Positions 40,601 through 52,859 of a stretch of DNA of 64,000 bases are shown here, one piece after another. Below the pieces are notes generated by a model. That model was given only the letters and a program-made list of their open reading frames with translations, searched no databases and was not told the origin of the DNA. The DNA is taken from contig CM041465.1 in assembly GCA_023213395.1 (NCBI GenBank), positions 131,943,741-132,007,740 of the forward strand, in the 5' to 3' direction. The position numbers and the translations under genes were made by a program. Source of the stretch: Cycas panzhihuaensis (taxonomy: Eukaryota > Plantae > Cycadophyta). How positions within the stretch are numbered: position 1 is the first letter of the stretch; the number at the start of each line of letters is the position of its first letter.

Positions 40601-41793
40601 CTAGTTATGTTTCTGTCGACAATGAACATCTTGTCCGTTGCCTTAAAAAGGCCTTGTACGGCCTAAAACAGGTGCCACGTGCTTGGTATTCAAAGATCGT
40701 TGACTACTTTTTGCAACACAATTTTCATCGATCCACATCAGATTCGAACCTGTATATCAAGGATCAAAACTAGCACATCACAATTGTTGTTCTTTATGTT
40801 GATGATTTGATTATCACAGGCACTGATGTAAATCTGATTGAGCGTCTCCAAAGAGACTTGAAAAGAAGTTTTGAGATGACAGATCTCAGACTTCTTCACT
40901 ATTTTCTTGGTATGGAAGTGTGACAGCAGCCAGGTCACATTTATATTTCTCAAGCCAAGTATACATGCAATATTTTGCAGCGATTCAGAATGGAAGACTG
41001 CAAACCTACACCAATTCCCATGGAGACAGGTCCAAAATTGTCGATGAATGAAGAAGGAAAACCTGTTGATTCCACCCTTTTCAGGCAACTAGTGGGTAGT
41101 CTCATCTACTTGACTAACATTAGACCTGACATTTCATATGCAGTTGGAATATGTTCCAGATACATGATCAACCCCAATCAGCGACACTGGAATGCTACAA
41201 AACGCATCCTCAGATACCTCAAAGGTACTTTACAGTATGGTCTTCAGTACACACGCAATGAGAACTTCACACTGGAAGGGTTCTCAGATTCAGATTGGGC
41301 TGGATGCCAAGATAGCCAGAAATCCACCTCAGGGTATTGTTTCAACCTTGGGTCAGCTATTGTTTCATGGAGTTGCAAAAAGTAACCAAATGTTATGCTT
41401 TCCTCCACTGAAGTAGAATACAAAGCTGTTGTCAGCGCAGCATGTGAGGCTATTTGGCTCAGACGGATTTTTGAAGAGCTTGGACTTGAGAAAACACTCC
41501 CAAGAGCATTGTATTGTGACAATCAGAGTGTTATCAAGATTGCCAAGAATTCGATATTTCACGCACGCACCAAGCATATTGAGATCCATCACCATTTTAT
41601 TAGAGAACATGTGCAGCAAGGTGAAATCGACCTCTTCTACAAGCCGACCGATCGTCAACTAGCCGACATCTTCACCAAGCCACTTGGGAAAGAGAAGTTC
41701 GAGCATTTCAGAAGCGGCCTCGGCATTCGACTTAATGCTGTATCCATTCAAGGGGGGGTGTTAGAACCTTCATTCCTAAGCATTAAGTCTTGA
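37601..41793 (+). pseudogene. Copia gag-PR-INT-RT-RH polyprotein, disabled
   Basis: KLTGAENYLIWKK; WIIDSGASRHM; LWHERLGHLN; FIDDFS; YQMDVKSAFLNG; SDSDWAG; RTKHIEIHHHFIRE; ADIFTKPL. At least 15 stops or frameshifts. Confidence 0.95.
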
Positions 41794-42295
41794 CCTTGTG
41801 TATTAGTATTTTTGTCACTTTAGGCCCTTTATCCTAAAGCGCTCATTTGTTTGATTAAAAAATTGTCTTTTGTCTTGTAGTGACTTTTCTCACATGTGCT
41901 TGTGAGAAGTCAACTTTTGTGGGCTCTATCCTTATCCTTTGAGATAGAAGAGTCCTAATCAGATTTGTCTCTTAGTGTTGATCAGTAACATGTGGAGAAA
42001 TCCTAATCGTCCAAACTCTTTTATAAGGAGCCCTATTCTCATGTTTTGGTATGTAGTATTTTGAGTAAGAGTTATGCTGCTGTAAGTGTCTCTTGTAGGT
42101 GAAGTGTTGAGAGGAATTCTCCTTCATACTTGTATGTTGTGATAGGTTGAGTTGAAGTGCAATACTCCTCCCTATCATCTTTTATGTTGTACTACATCAT
42201 TTCTTTAATCTAAGTGTATTGTCCTTCATATTTCAATGTCCTCTCTAGCTTCTCAATAGATTCTGGCACCTGTTTCAGCTCCATTTCGTCTTTCA
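41759..42295 (+). repeat. 3' LTR (537 bp)
   Basis: Immediately after the PPT; TG...CA ends. Confidence 0.96.
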
Positions 42296-42839
42296 ATTGA
42301 GACAATAGAAGAATCTGGCAGAGCAATTAAAACTAACCATTCTATTGTTGCAAATAATCCAATGGCTAGAAATTGGAGTATTTCAAGTTTGAGATTCTTA
42401 AGGAGCATATAAGATTGCAGAAGAAATAATGGTAATGAATAAGCCACATGAACAGGAGCCTAAGAGTTATGCAAAATTGTAGCTAGGCTTGAACTCTAAA
42501 GATGGTGGTAAAAATTCTTGTGTAAAATTGGTTGTAAAAAGCATATGGAGTAAATACACCAAGTACTGATTATAATATGAGACGTATCCTTGATATGAAT
42601 CATAATATTTAGCCTGGAAATATGGATGGTTGTGAAAATGCAAATGAGCATTGTTGTGAGGGTGACACTGATGGATATTTGAGCATAACTAGTAGTGAGG
42701 ATTTTATACTAGTATGGACAAAGCAAGATGCTAGGATGAATATTTTGACACTAATGACAGCTTTGTGGAAACTTGTTCTAACAATGGGAAGAATTATAAA
42801 GGAAAGGGAATGCAAGATAGCCATAATTCTACAAGTCAT

Positions 42840-43160
42840 AGTGGCAAAGGGTAAGATCAATTGAGGGACAATAAGAAGAAGCCAACAAAGTAGACCACAC
42901 CAAGGATAACATAGAAAAAGATATGGCATGACTGCCATGTTAGGGCATTGTATTTTAGAAAGGGTGATCGAGTGTGGTCGCCCAAAAACAAATCCCAAAT
43001 GCATTAGAGAGAGTTAAAGATGCATTAGAAAGGATTTTATGTGATCGAAGAGGTATATAGGAATAGCATTGCCCAGTTGAGGGGCATTCCTCAATTTGGG
43101 GACTGGCAATAAGACTTGGCTAGAATACATGATTCATAAAAAATCCCAGTACACGAGGAG
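42840..43160 (+). pseudogene. Isolated integrase C-terminal GPY/F-like module
   Basis: KIWHDCHVRALYFRKGDRVW...KMHxKGFYVIEEVYRNSIAQL aligns by eye with KVWHDRHLKIPQFQVGDFIL...WWLGPYKVNHI at 48805-48960. Confidence 0.65.
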
Positions 43161-43268
43161 AACTCCATTGAATTAGGAGTGTACAGTGTAACAGAACAAG
43201 CCCGGAATCATCACTTGCTAGAAATTCAAACTCCGAGTCACATAATAAATCCCTTCTTCAAGTTACCG

Positions 43269-46200
43269 ATGGCAAGTCCAGGCAACAATTTAGGAGGAGG
43301 GACGGGTAGTAATACACCACCTGTAGGGGTACAAAGTGGAGTATCAAGTGGAACAAATTAACGAGGTGCAACCCCTTATATTATTGTGCAAAGTGACTCT
43401 ATGTTTTCAACCTTGCAGTTTGATGGATCTACGGATTCAGGTGATCATATGGCTTTATTCAAAAGCATGATTCAAATTAAAGGAATTATAGATCAAAATG
43501 AAATAAAAGCCCATTTCTTTTCAACATTGAGAGGACCAACTGTTGCATGGTTTTAATATGTAGTAGCACGACAATTGAATTAGGACCAATTGCAAGAACA
43601 ATTTCTAAACAAATTCTAGAAGCTTAGGGATCCAATAGCCATCTTACAGGCTTTGGAGGAGATTTGGCAATATCTTGGGGAATCTGTTAATGATTTTGAT
43701 GGAAGAATGAGAGTTATCATAAACAAATCTGCTATGACAATAAATCCCATGCTTGCCATGAAATATTTTGTGCAGGGATTGATACCACAGTTCAGGGATA
43801 AAGTAATGTTGCATCCGATGAATAGTTATGAGCAAGTGAGGGAGTTAGCTCTAAAATTTGAAAATCGAATGAAGTCAACTTACTCCTAGATGGCAATGCA
43901 ATCCTCAGCATATTCTCCAATAACGGGCATTGGAACACAGCTCTTACAAACACCACAATTGGGTATGAACCCAAAAATTGAAGCCTTGAAGAAGGAGGTA
44001 GAAGCATTAAAACAACAACCATCAATTTTTGTTCCTTCAAGTATGCAACAAAATCAGAAGTTAGAAAAGCTATGTGTAGAATTGTTTTGTCTACGAATGG
44101 AAAAATCAAGAGAAAATATTTGGTGTCCCCACCTTGCAATCAGTGAGGACATTTGAAGAACGAACATGGTGGATCTTTAAAATGGTGCGATAATTGTCGA
44201 CAAAATAATCACAATACTTTGGAATGTTTTTTCAGATCAAAAAACAACGAAGGAGAAGTCCACAATGCGTATTCACAAAAAACAAAATGTGGGGGGATGA
44301 AGCAATACAAAGGAAAGACAAGTCCAATTCGTTGTTTTCTATGTTAAAGATGGGGACACTATAGATCTGAATATCCATTGAAGAAAAAAAGGAGGAGAAT
44401 TTATCTGTGAGGAGTGTGGACTTGCAGATTATGAATGGGTAAATTTCCCAAAGAATATTAAGATACTGAATGCAAATTTAGTAGACGTAGACTTCGACAA
44501 AGAAATGCTTGCATATCTGCAAATGTGTAACGGTAAGATAATGGGACCTCCTCTTCAAGATAATTTTCTAGACCCAACAGTTGAAAAGCAATGGCTACAG
44601 GAAGTGGTAAAAATTCTCCAAGAAGCCATGGGGGAAGCACAATAGGAAGAACTCCAACAGGAACAAAGATTTAAAGGCTTGCATTACAAAAGAAGAGCGG
44701 TTCAAACACAATCAGCACAAGAAGGTATGAACTCCTGGCAATGGTTACAAATAGTGAAAGATTTGTTTATTGAATTAGGAGTTTCAATTCCTATATCGAT
44801 TGTTTTTAAATGGTAGGAAGCAGGCTACTTCCAATAGTTAGTACTAGAGCAAATTAAAAAACCAATACTAAGGGCCATTAAGGATATCAGAGTGGACCCA
44901 AGAGTCCCAATGGTAATTTTTGGAACAACTTTATGTATGATGATTGTTGATGGGGGCTCAAGGGTGAATGTGTTACCAGAATCCTCTTAGATAGCCTTGG
45001 GAAGGCCCGATGTGGTTGCCCCTAACGATTCAATTAGGTTGGCCAACCAATTACAAGTAAGGCCCATGGGTACGTTACTGAATGTCCTAGTAACTGTTGC
45101 AGATGCTATTGTATTGTTAGATTTTGCAGTGATTAGGATGTAAGGCCAAAAGAAGACTTACCCAACTTTGTTGGAAAGACCTTGGCTATTGGCTACAGAA
45201 GCCATCTAGGATTGGAGAAAACATATGTTTACATTACCAGTAGGAAAGAAGACATTTACTTTCCCCTTATACTCGGATGGACTACAAATAGAAAAAAATT
45301 GAAGATGAAGGGAAAGCATCATCCACCATAGCCACAACAGAATCAACAGTCAGCTCTTGCTCAGAAGCAGCATTTCAAATGCGATCGACTTTGCCAAGTA
45401 GTCCTTCGTCGTCTTATATGCTGAACTGGCTTCATAATGCTTGGGAAGAAGAAGAACTGGCCTTGTGCTACCATCTAGAGTTGTGCATAGATTCTTTAGA
45501 TGAAGAAAATGGAGAATAGGAAGCAATGCAATTAGAGCTGTCACAAATAGAAAGAAATGTGCAAGGAGATTTAGCCTATGCTAAAACATTTTATGAACTT
45601 CCTAAATATGATGGCCATCTAGAACAAGCAAAAAAACAACTTGAACAATGTATTGATATAATGAGAAATAAATGGCAGTAAAAATTTTGGTGTCTTATGT
45701 TTCCTTGCTCTTTATAGATCAAGCATGTTTATGATATGCTGCATATGCACAACAATTTGATTCTTGGGAAGAAATAAGCAGAAATGTTTTAAATAGATTC
45801 CAACAACATGAATTACCCTCATATTGGAATGAAGATGATCCTTATTTACATGTAAAGAACTATGTTCAGACATGGATAACTGGTGGAATTCTAAAAAGGG
45901 AATGGGCACAGTATTGGGGATCGATATTCAAAGGAATCTCTATAGTCTGGTATAATTATTGTGAAAAGGTAAAATTAGTAGATTGGGATTTAATGATAGA
46001 AAATTAACCAGACTTTTGCATACCACAACAAAGACAGACAAATAAAGGAAATTTTGCAAAAATTCAAAGAAAAAAACCATGGAAAAGGAAAAAACTTGCT
46101 TCCTCATTAATGGAGAAGTAGAAGAAGAGATTCAACCAGAATCTCAATCCTTTCCTCCTAGTTATTCCATAGTGGAATATGGTGAACGTATCATAGATAA

Positions 46201-49038
46201 TACTCCGGCATACACAGTGAGCCCAAATGGTAAGACAGTAGAAGGAGAAAAGCTTAAATTGCTGGAAATTAACATTGGAACAGAAGAGCAGCCTCAAATC
46301 ATTAATTTAGGAGATTACTGGGATGTAAAGACGGTGTAGCAAGTCACCTCATTGTTTTTGGAATTCAAGGACGTTTTTACTTGGTCTTATAAGGACTTAA
46401 AAGGCATCCTACCTGAATTGGGTGAACACAAGATAGAATTAATGGAAGGACCTAAACTAGTAAGACAATGTTGTACCGCATGAATTCGAAATATAAGGAG
46501 AAGGTGGAAGCAGAACTCGATAAGTTGCTTGAAGCAGACTATATCTTCGAAGTAGAAAACAACAAATGGGTAAGCCCAGCCATAGTCATTCCAAAAAAGA
46601 ATGAAAAACTCAAAGTTTGTGTTGATTATTGAGCTTTGAACAAGGCAACAAAGAAGGATCCATTTCTTATTTCATTCACTGAAGATATCTTGGAAAAATT
46701 TGTGGGGCATGAAGTTTAATCCTTCATAGATGGGTTTAACGGATACAATCAATTACGAATCGCGACAGAAGACCAGTTGAAGATGACTTTCGTCACAGAA
46801 TGGGGTACGTATGCATTCAGAGTTATGCCGTTCGGATTGACCAATGCTCCTGCTACATTTCAAAGCGTGATCCTCAATATTTTAAAGCAAATTATTAGAA
46901 AAACAATTAAGGTATTTTTAGATGATTGGTCGCTATTAGCTTTGCTAAAAAACCATCTTGGTTGTTTATGTTTGATGTTGGAAACTTGGAGAAAAAGCAA
47001 ATTGTGTTTAAATCCTGCTAAGTGCACATTCATGGTTCCTTTCAGAACTTGTTAGGTCATGTAGTTACAAAAAATAGGCTGCTCACTGATCCTAACAAAG
47101 TAGCTGTAATTTTAAATTTTTCAGTTCTTAAGACACAGAAGCAGGTTAAGGGATTTTTAAGAATGACGGGATATTGTCGAAAGTTTATAAAAAATGATGC
47201 CTAGATAGCTAATCCCTTAGAATCTCTATTGAAGAAGAAATCTGGGTGGCAATGGAAGTTACAACAATAGCTTGTATTTGAATTATTAAAGAAGAAAGTC
47301 GCCCATGCACCAATATTGAGATTTTCGAACTGGCACAAACCGTTCCATGTGCATATAGATGCTTCTTTATTTGCCATCGGAAGCATAGTAACACAACCAG
47401 AGGACAGTAAAATAGACCTGCCGATATATTTTGCAAGCCAAAAATTAACAGAAGTGGAGCAAAACTATTTGGTCACGGAACGAGAAGGCCTGGGTATGGT
47501 TTATGCCCTCCAAAAATTTAGACATTATTTATTATCTAATCCAATTGTCTTTTTTTTAAACCACCAGGCTTTGTAGTATCTAGTTAATAAACCTATTTTG
47601 CAGGGAATAATCAATAGATGGTTGATGTTATTTCAAGAATTCAATTTTAAAATTATAGTAAAAAAAAGGAGATGAGCATATAATTCCAGACTTGCTATCA
47701 AGAGAAGCGAAAGGTGAATTGGCTACAGGAATACAAGATGATTTTCTAGATGTAGAATTAATTTCTATCAAGGTAGTACCCAAATGGTATGAGGATATTT
47801 GCACAATGTTTGGCCATAGGACAAACACCATTGGGAATGGAATGAATAGAGCAATAAAGTTTCATTCGAAAACTTTTCCTCTTCATCTAATTCAAGGGAT
47901 GCTATATAAGTTAGAACTAGATCTTGTTTTGAGAAGATGCGTAATGGAACATTAGATAGAAGCTGTCATTCGAGAAGCCCATGATGGTGTCGTAGCGAAG
48001 CACCAAAGTGTTGAACCCACGGTTAAAAATAATTTATTAGCTAGACTTTGGTGGCCTACTACAGTGAGGGCATGGAAAAGTGGGTTCGCAGTTGTGATGT
48101 ATGTCAACGTGTTGGTAAGTCAGTAAAAAAATATTGCATGCCCTTACATCCCATTCTAGCTCAAACAACATTCGAAAAATAGGGGTTGGATTTTGTTGGA
48201 CCCATTGGTCCACCAGCTAGACGGATGAATGCAAGATATATTTTGGTGGCCATGGATTTTCTGACCAAGTGAACCAAAGCAAAACCAATGAAGACATGCG
48301 ATGCTTAAAGTACAACTCGATTTTTTGTATGAGACAATTATCATTTAATTGGCTGCCCATTGGAAATTATTTCTAATCAAGGAAGCAATTTTCTAAATGA
48401 AACGATTATATATCTTACAAAGGAGTTTATGATTTAGCATTCTAAATCCTTTCCATATTATCCCCGAGCAAATGGACAGGTAGAAAGTACGAATAAAATT
48501 TTAAAATTAGCATTTTCCAAAATTTGCGACAAAAGGACGAACGGATTGGGCAGAATGACTTCACTCAGTGTTATGGGCAAATAGGACAATGGTAAAAAGA
48601 CCTCATAAGCAAACACTGTTCTAGTTAGTCTATGGACTAGAAGCTGTACTTCCTCTTGAATTCCAAATAGAAAGTCTGCGGGCAACCTCACAATAATGAT
48701 TACTAAAAGAAGACTCAAGGGATCAACAATTCATTGAATTAATGAAAATGGATGAGAAACGAGCAAGGGCTTTATGGGAATTAAAAATAGAAAAACAGAG
48801 ATGTAAAGTGTGGCATGATAGACACCTCAAAATACCTCAGTTCCAAGTAGGAGATTTCATACTCTTATGTGATAGTAAATTTCATATGAAGCCATGAAAA
48901 ATGAAGTTGTGGTGGCTTGGTCCATATAAGGTAAATCATATATGACATAACAGAGAAGTGCAACTCCAACAACTTGATAGAACATTGCTCGATAAAACAG
49001 TCAATGTAAGTCGACTAAAACGATACATAACAAGCTAA
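43269..49038 (+). pseudogene. Gypsy gag-pol polyprotein
   Basis: gag FDGSTDSGDHM...LRGPTVAWF plus knuckles; PR MIVDGGSRVNV (~44940); RT MPFGLTNAPATFQ and VFLDDW (~46915); RH HVHIDASLFAIG and TEREGLGMV; INT GLDFVGP, YPRANGQVE, WLGPY. Confidence 0.9.
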
Positions 49039-49133
49039 AAAAAAAAGAGCACAAGCCATGGGAACAGATATTCCTTAATCATTTGAAATATAAGAAAATT
49101 TTGTTAGTCGAATTGCAACATTATTAAACAAAG

Positions 49134-50250
49134 TGGTTGCAACCTGGGACGTAGAAGGTTGCAACCAAGGACGTGATTGTAACAACATGATGCATAAGGT
49201 TGCAACCGAGGACGTGATTGTAACAAAATGGTTGCAACCTGGGACGCAGAAGATTGCATTCGAGGACGTAATTATAACAAATTGGTTGCAACCTGGGAGA
49301 CAAACAATTGCAACCTAGGATGTAGACGATTGCAACCAAGAAGATGGAAAGTTATAACCTCAAGGACGACTGTTGTAACTTGGGACGCAGATGGTTGCAA
49401 CTAAGAAGATGGAAAGTTGCAACCTCAAGGGCGATGGTTGCAACGTGAGATGCAAATGGTTGCAACCTCGGATGCTGATGGTTACAACCACGAAGATGGA
49501 AAGTTGCAACCTCAAGGATGGCTATTACAACCTGGGACACAGACGATTGAAACCAAGAAGATGGAAAGTTGCAACCTCAAGGACAACGATTGCAACCTGG
49601 GACGCAGACGGTTGCAACTGAGAAGATGGAAAGTTGCAACATCAAGGACGATGGTTGCAACCTGGGATGTAGACATTTGCAACCAGAAGACGGAAAGTTG
49701 CAACCTCAAGGACGACAGTTGCAACCTGGAACGTAGACAGTTGCAACCAAGAAGACAGAAAGTTACAACCTTAAGGATGACAGTTGTAATCTAGGATGCA
49801 AACGGTTGCAACTAAGAAGATGGAAAGTTGCAATCTCAAGGACGACAATTGCAACCTAGGATGTAGACGATTGCAACCAAAATGATGCAAAGTTGCAACC
49901 TCAAGGACGATGGTTGCAACCTGGGATGCAGACGGTTACAACCAAGAAGATGGATGGAAAGTTGCAACATCAGGAAGATGGTTGCAACTTGGGACGTAGA
50001 TGGTTGCAATCAGGAAGGCAAAAAGTTGTGACATTAGGAAAATGGTTGCAACCTGGGACGCAGACGATTGCAATCAAGAAGGTGGAAAGTTGCAACATCA
50101 AAGAAGACGGTTGCAACTAAGAAGGCGAGAATTTGCAACATCATGGAAGAAGGTTGTAATCTGTGGGATGTAGATAGTTGTAACCAAGAATGCAGAAAAT
50201 TGTAACCTTGGCGTAGAAGTTGCAACTGTACAAACAAGAAGCTGCAACTA
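49134..50250. repeat. Tandem array of ~21-22-bp units carrying the palindrome GGTTGCAACC, organised as a 65-bp three-unit higher-order repeat
   Basis: Recurrent units AAGAAGATGGAAAGTTGCAACC, TCAAGGACGATGGTTGCAACC and TGGGACGCAGACGGTTGCAACC; about 50 motif copies. Confidence 0.95.
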
Positions 50251-50589
50251 GGACAAAGTTCAACCAAATAAATGAATAATTGAAATTTTGAATGAGATAG
50301 TCTAGCCAAGAAAGAAAACAATTGCGACTTGAGGAGGGTGTCACCTTGGTTAGAAGGTTAGATGACAACTAGAGACAAAGGAAGTGATAATTTTTGAACA
50401 AAGAAAGTAGTAACTTGGAGGATGGAGGTTGCAACTTTGAATAACGGAAAAGTTGAATAAAGATGATTGCAATTCACAAAAAGAAAGCGATCGGTGTAAT
50501 AAGAAGATAAGTGAAGAATCAATAAACAAGATTGTGTGAAATTTGCGACCTACCTTATAAAATGTAGTGACCTAAGAAAATAGAGAGAG

Positions 50590-52774
50590 TGAAATGCTTT
50601 CTGGCCAAGACAGTTAATGAAATTGGAAAAGATTTTTTTTGGGAAGAGTAAAAAATCAAGACAGCCATGATTACCATCAAGTAGTCATGTCAGTGAGGAT
50701 ACAACCGCAAAATGATACGATTTGAATAACAAGTAATAATGACAAGATTTAAAAAACTATAATAAAATGTAGTGGTGAGTATTGGCGGTGGATTTGGTTA
50801 TGACAAGTGGCTGTCATGCATGACGGTAGGTAATAACAATGTGACTTGGTTGCAACATAGGCATTACAATCTATATCCCGAATGATATTGGTTTTGCAGG
50901 AAAAGTTGAATGCAACACAACTGATTAAGAACCTATAGCAGGGAAACAAACTAGAAAACAAAATAAGCATCCGAAGTGTCAGTGGGAGTTCGGAAATGAA
51001 GAATACCTTGGAAATTCATATTATTTTTCGGGAGACAGATGACGAGAGAATCAAAGCAGAATGGAATACTATGCTAGATGAAGATGAAAGAAAAATAAAT
51101 GTGACGAAAGCGGGATTTGCCCAATATATGCAAATCGAATTGTTTCCAATGGCATCTAATTTTCTGACAGCAATGGTTTATTTGATAGTGCATTGACCCT
51201 ATTTATTGGACATGTCTTCCAAAGTTGTTATGTAGATATCAGGCCTACATGACTCTTGCAAGGAGGTACCTAAGGATAAAATAATTCCTCGAGAACAGGA
51301 AACAAAGCAATTGGGCGCTCAGACATCAGATATCTCCACTTCAAGAATACGAATTGTTGGTATTGTAGTAGAGCAAAGGCGATGGGTCGCTCACTTCCTC
51401 TTCACTCTAGTTATATTGAGTGAAAAGAATTTGTATATGCCAACAGAGATGCGCTCTATGCTTCTTAAAGTGGCACAGGGAGAAAAGTTTAATTGGGCTT
51501 CTTTTGTATATGGTAAGATTTAAAATAAGTTGAATAATATCAAGATTAGCACTTAGTTTGCAATGTTCTACCATCAGACTCTATTTGAAATTTTGTTATA
51601 TTCGTAATGTCCGGGCCTGGATCTACCTCAAGCTGAACAAGGATAATCGATCCTAATTTGTATGATAGATCATTTTAAAAAATTAGAAAAAGGATGGCTG
51701 AATCAAATCCAAGAAAAGGTAAAAGATTGGTTCTTGCAGAAGAATAATGCAAATAGCCCTTAACCTACACTACAGGAATAACAACAAAGTAAAAGGTAGT
51801 GAGAAGAGGCGACCTCGCCAACTGAAGTACAAGCACAGAAGAAATAGAAGGAAACCAATGAAGAAGATGGAAAGAAGGAGAAAAATAAAAGAGAAGAAAT
51901 TATAAGGGGTAAACAAAAAGAAGGAGAAGGTGAAGTGACAGTTAAGTAGGAAATTCTGGAAGATGAGTCTCAGCCAGCACAATAATCAGCTAAGCCTGCC
52001 AGCACAATAATCAGCCAAGCTTGTCAGTACAGATGAGGAAAGAAAAAAGAGAAGGAAACTTGTGGAAGAAAGAGGAAAGAAGAAATAATAAGAATTTTGA
52101 ATAGCCAACTAGTTGAGGTAGACTTTGATTTTAATGAAGAATTTTTGGAGGAAGGAATTGATCCGATGGAGTACAAACCACATAATGTGGCGCACTGGAA
52201 AATCTCTTTCTTAGCTAAAGTCACTCAACAACTGATTAATGAATTGCAAGCCCGGAATAAACGACCACCTCTTGATATGCAACGAATTTAGAAGGCAGAG
52301 GATCAATTGGTTGCTTGCGAAGCCAAATTAGATTTTTTAATTAAATTTATCATGCCTTAGGTAGGTGATATATCTAGAGTGGAGCATTACGTAAAAAATT
52401 TTCAAGGCCGATTCAATAGACAAATTCCACTAGGACTGGAGAGGGGCATATATAGGTTGGGGGGTTGGATCTTGCAGACACAGGATGATGTTGCATAGGC
52501 AAATCATTTTTGGTCCACGATTTCCTCGTTACGGAGAGATCTAGCCTCCATCAAGTTGAGTAATAAAGAACTGGAGGAAGAAATTGAGTAGCTTCATTCG
52601 GGGGAAAAACCTACAATGGCCCAATTAGAAGCGCTATGTGATGTTGGGATTCTTGATGATCATTACAAGAAGCAAGGGATTTCTCCGCTTTCGACAAGAC
52701 TGTTGACCGTAGTTAGAAAGTTCGCCAAGCAATGGCAAATTGAGGCAACAACAATGATTTTCAAAAAAATTTAG
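50590..52774 (+). pseudogene. Accessory ORF downstream of integrase (env-position ORF), degenerate, function unknown
   Basis: Consecutive sense fragments at 50996-51196, 51311-51523 and 52097-52291; motif GEKFNWASFVYGKI; E/K-rich middle and coiled-coil-like C-terminus. Confidence 0.65.
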
Positions 52775-52859
52775 GGGGGTAGGAATGGATTGTAAAATTT
52801 TTTGAAATTTTGAATTTTGTTACGAGTGAGGGCACTCGCAAGAATAGTGATGGGGGAGA

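Larger units (their letters stand above)
34558..42295 (+). mobile_element. Full-length Ty1/copia, Ivana/Oryco-like, with a 2.5-kb 5' leader
   Basis: 537-bp LTRs 34558-35094 and 41759-42295; TSD GTTGA/ATTGA; PBS TGGTATCAGAGC at 35098-35109; PPT AAGGGGGGG at 41750-41758. Confidence 0.96.

Noticed and set aside
43078-43090. Apparent tRNA-Pro primer binding site TGAGGGGCATTCC after ...CA
   Set aside because: It lies inside the GPY/F-like coding frame (QLRGIP), and the upstream sequence does not match the candidate 3' LTR; probably chance.
49134-50250. CRISPR-like repeat-spacer appearance
   Set aside because: The repeat is only 10 bp, spacers are ~12 bp and recur cyclically, there are no cas genes, and the context is a plant retrotransposon.
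49124-50368. Multiple overlapping ORFs (CNL, VAT, LQP repeats)
   Set aside because: By-products of the tandem array; the 65-bp unit is not a multiple of three.
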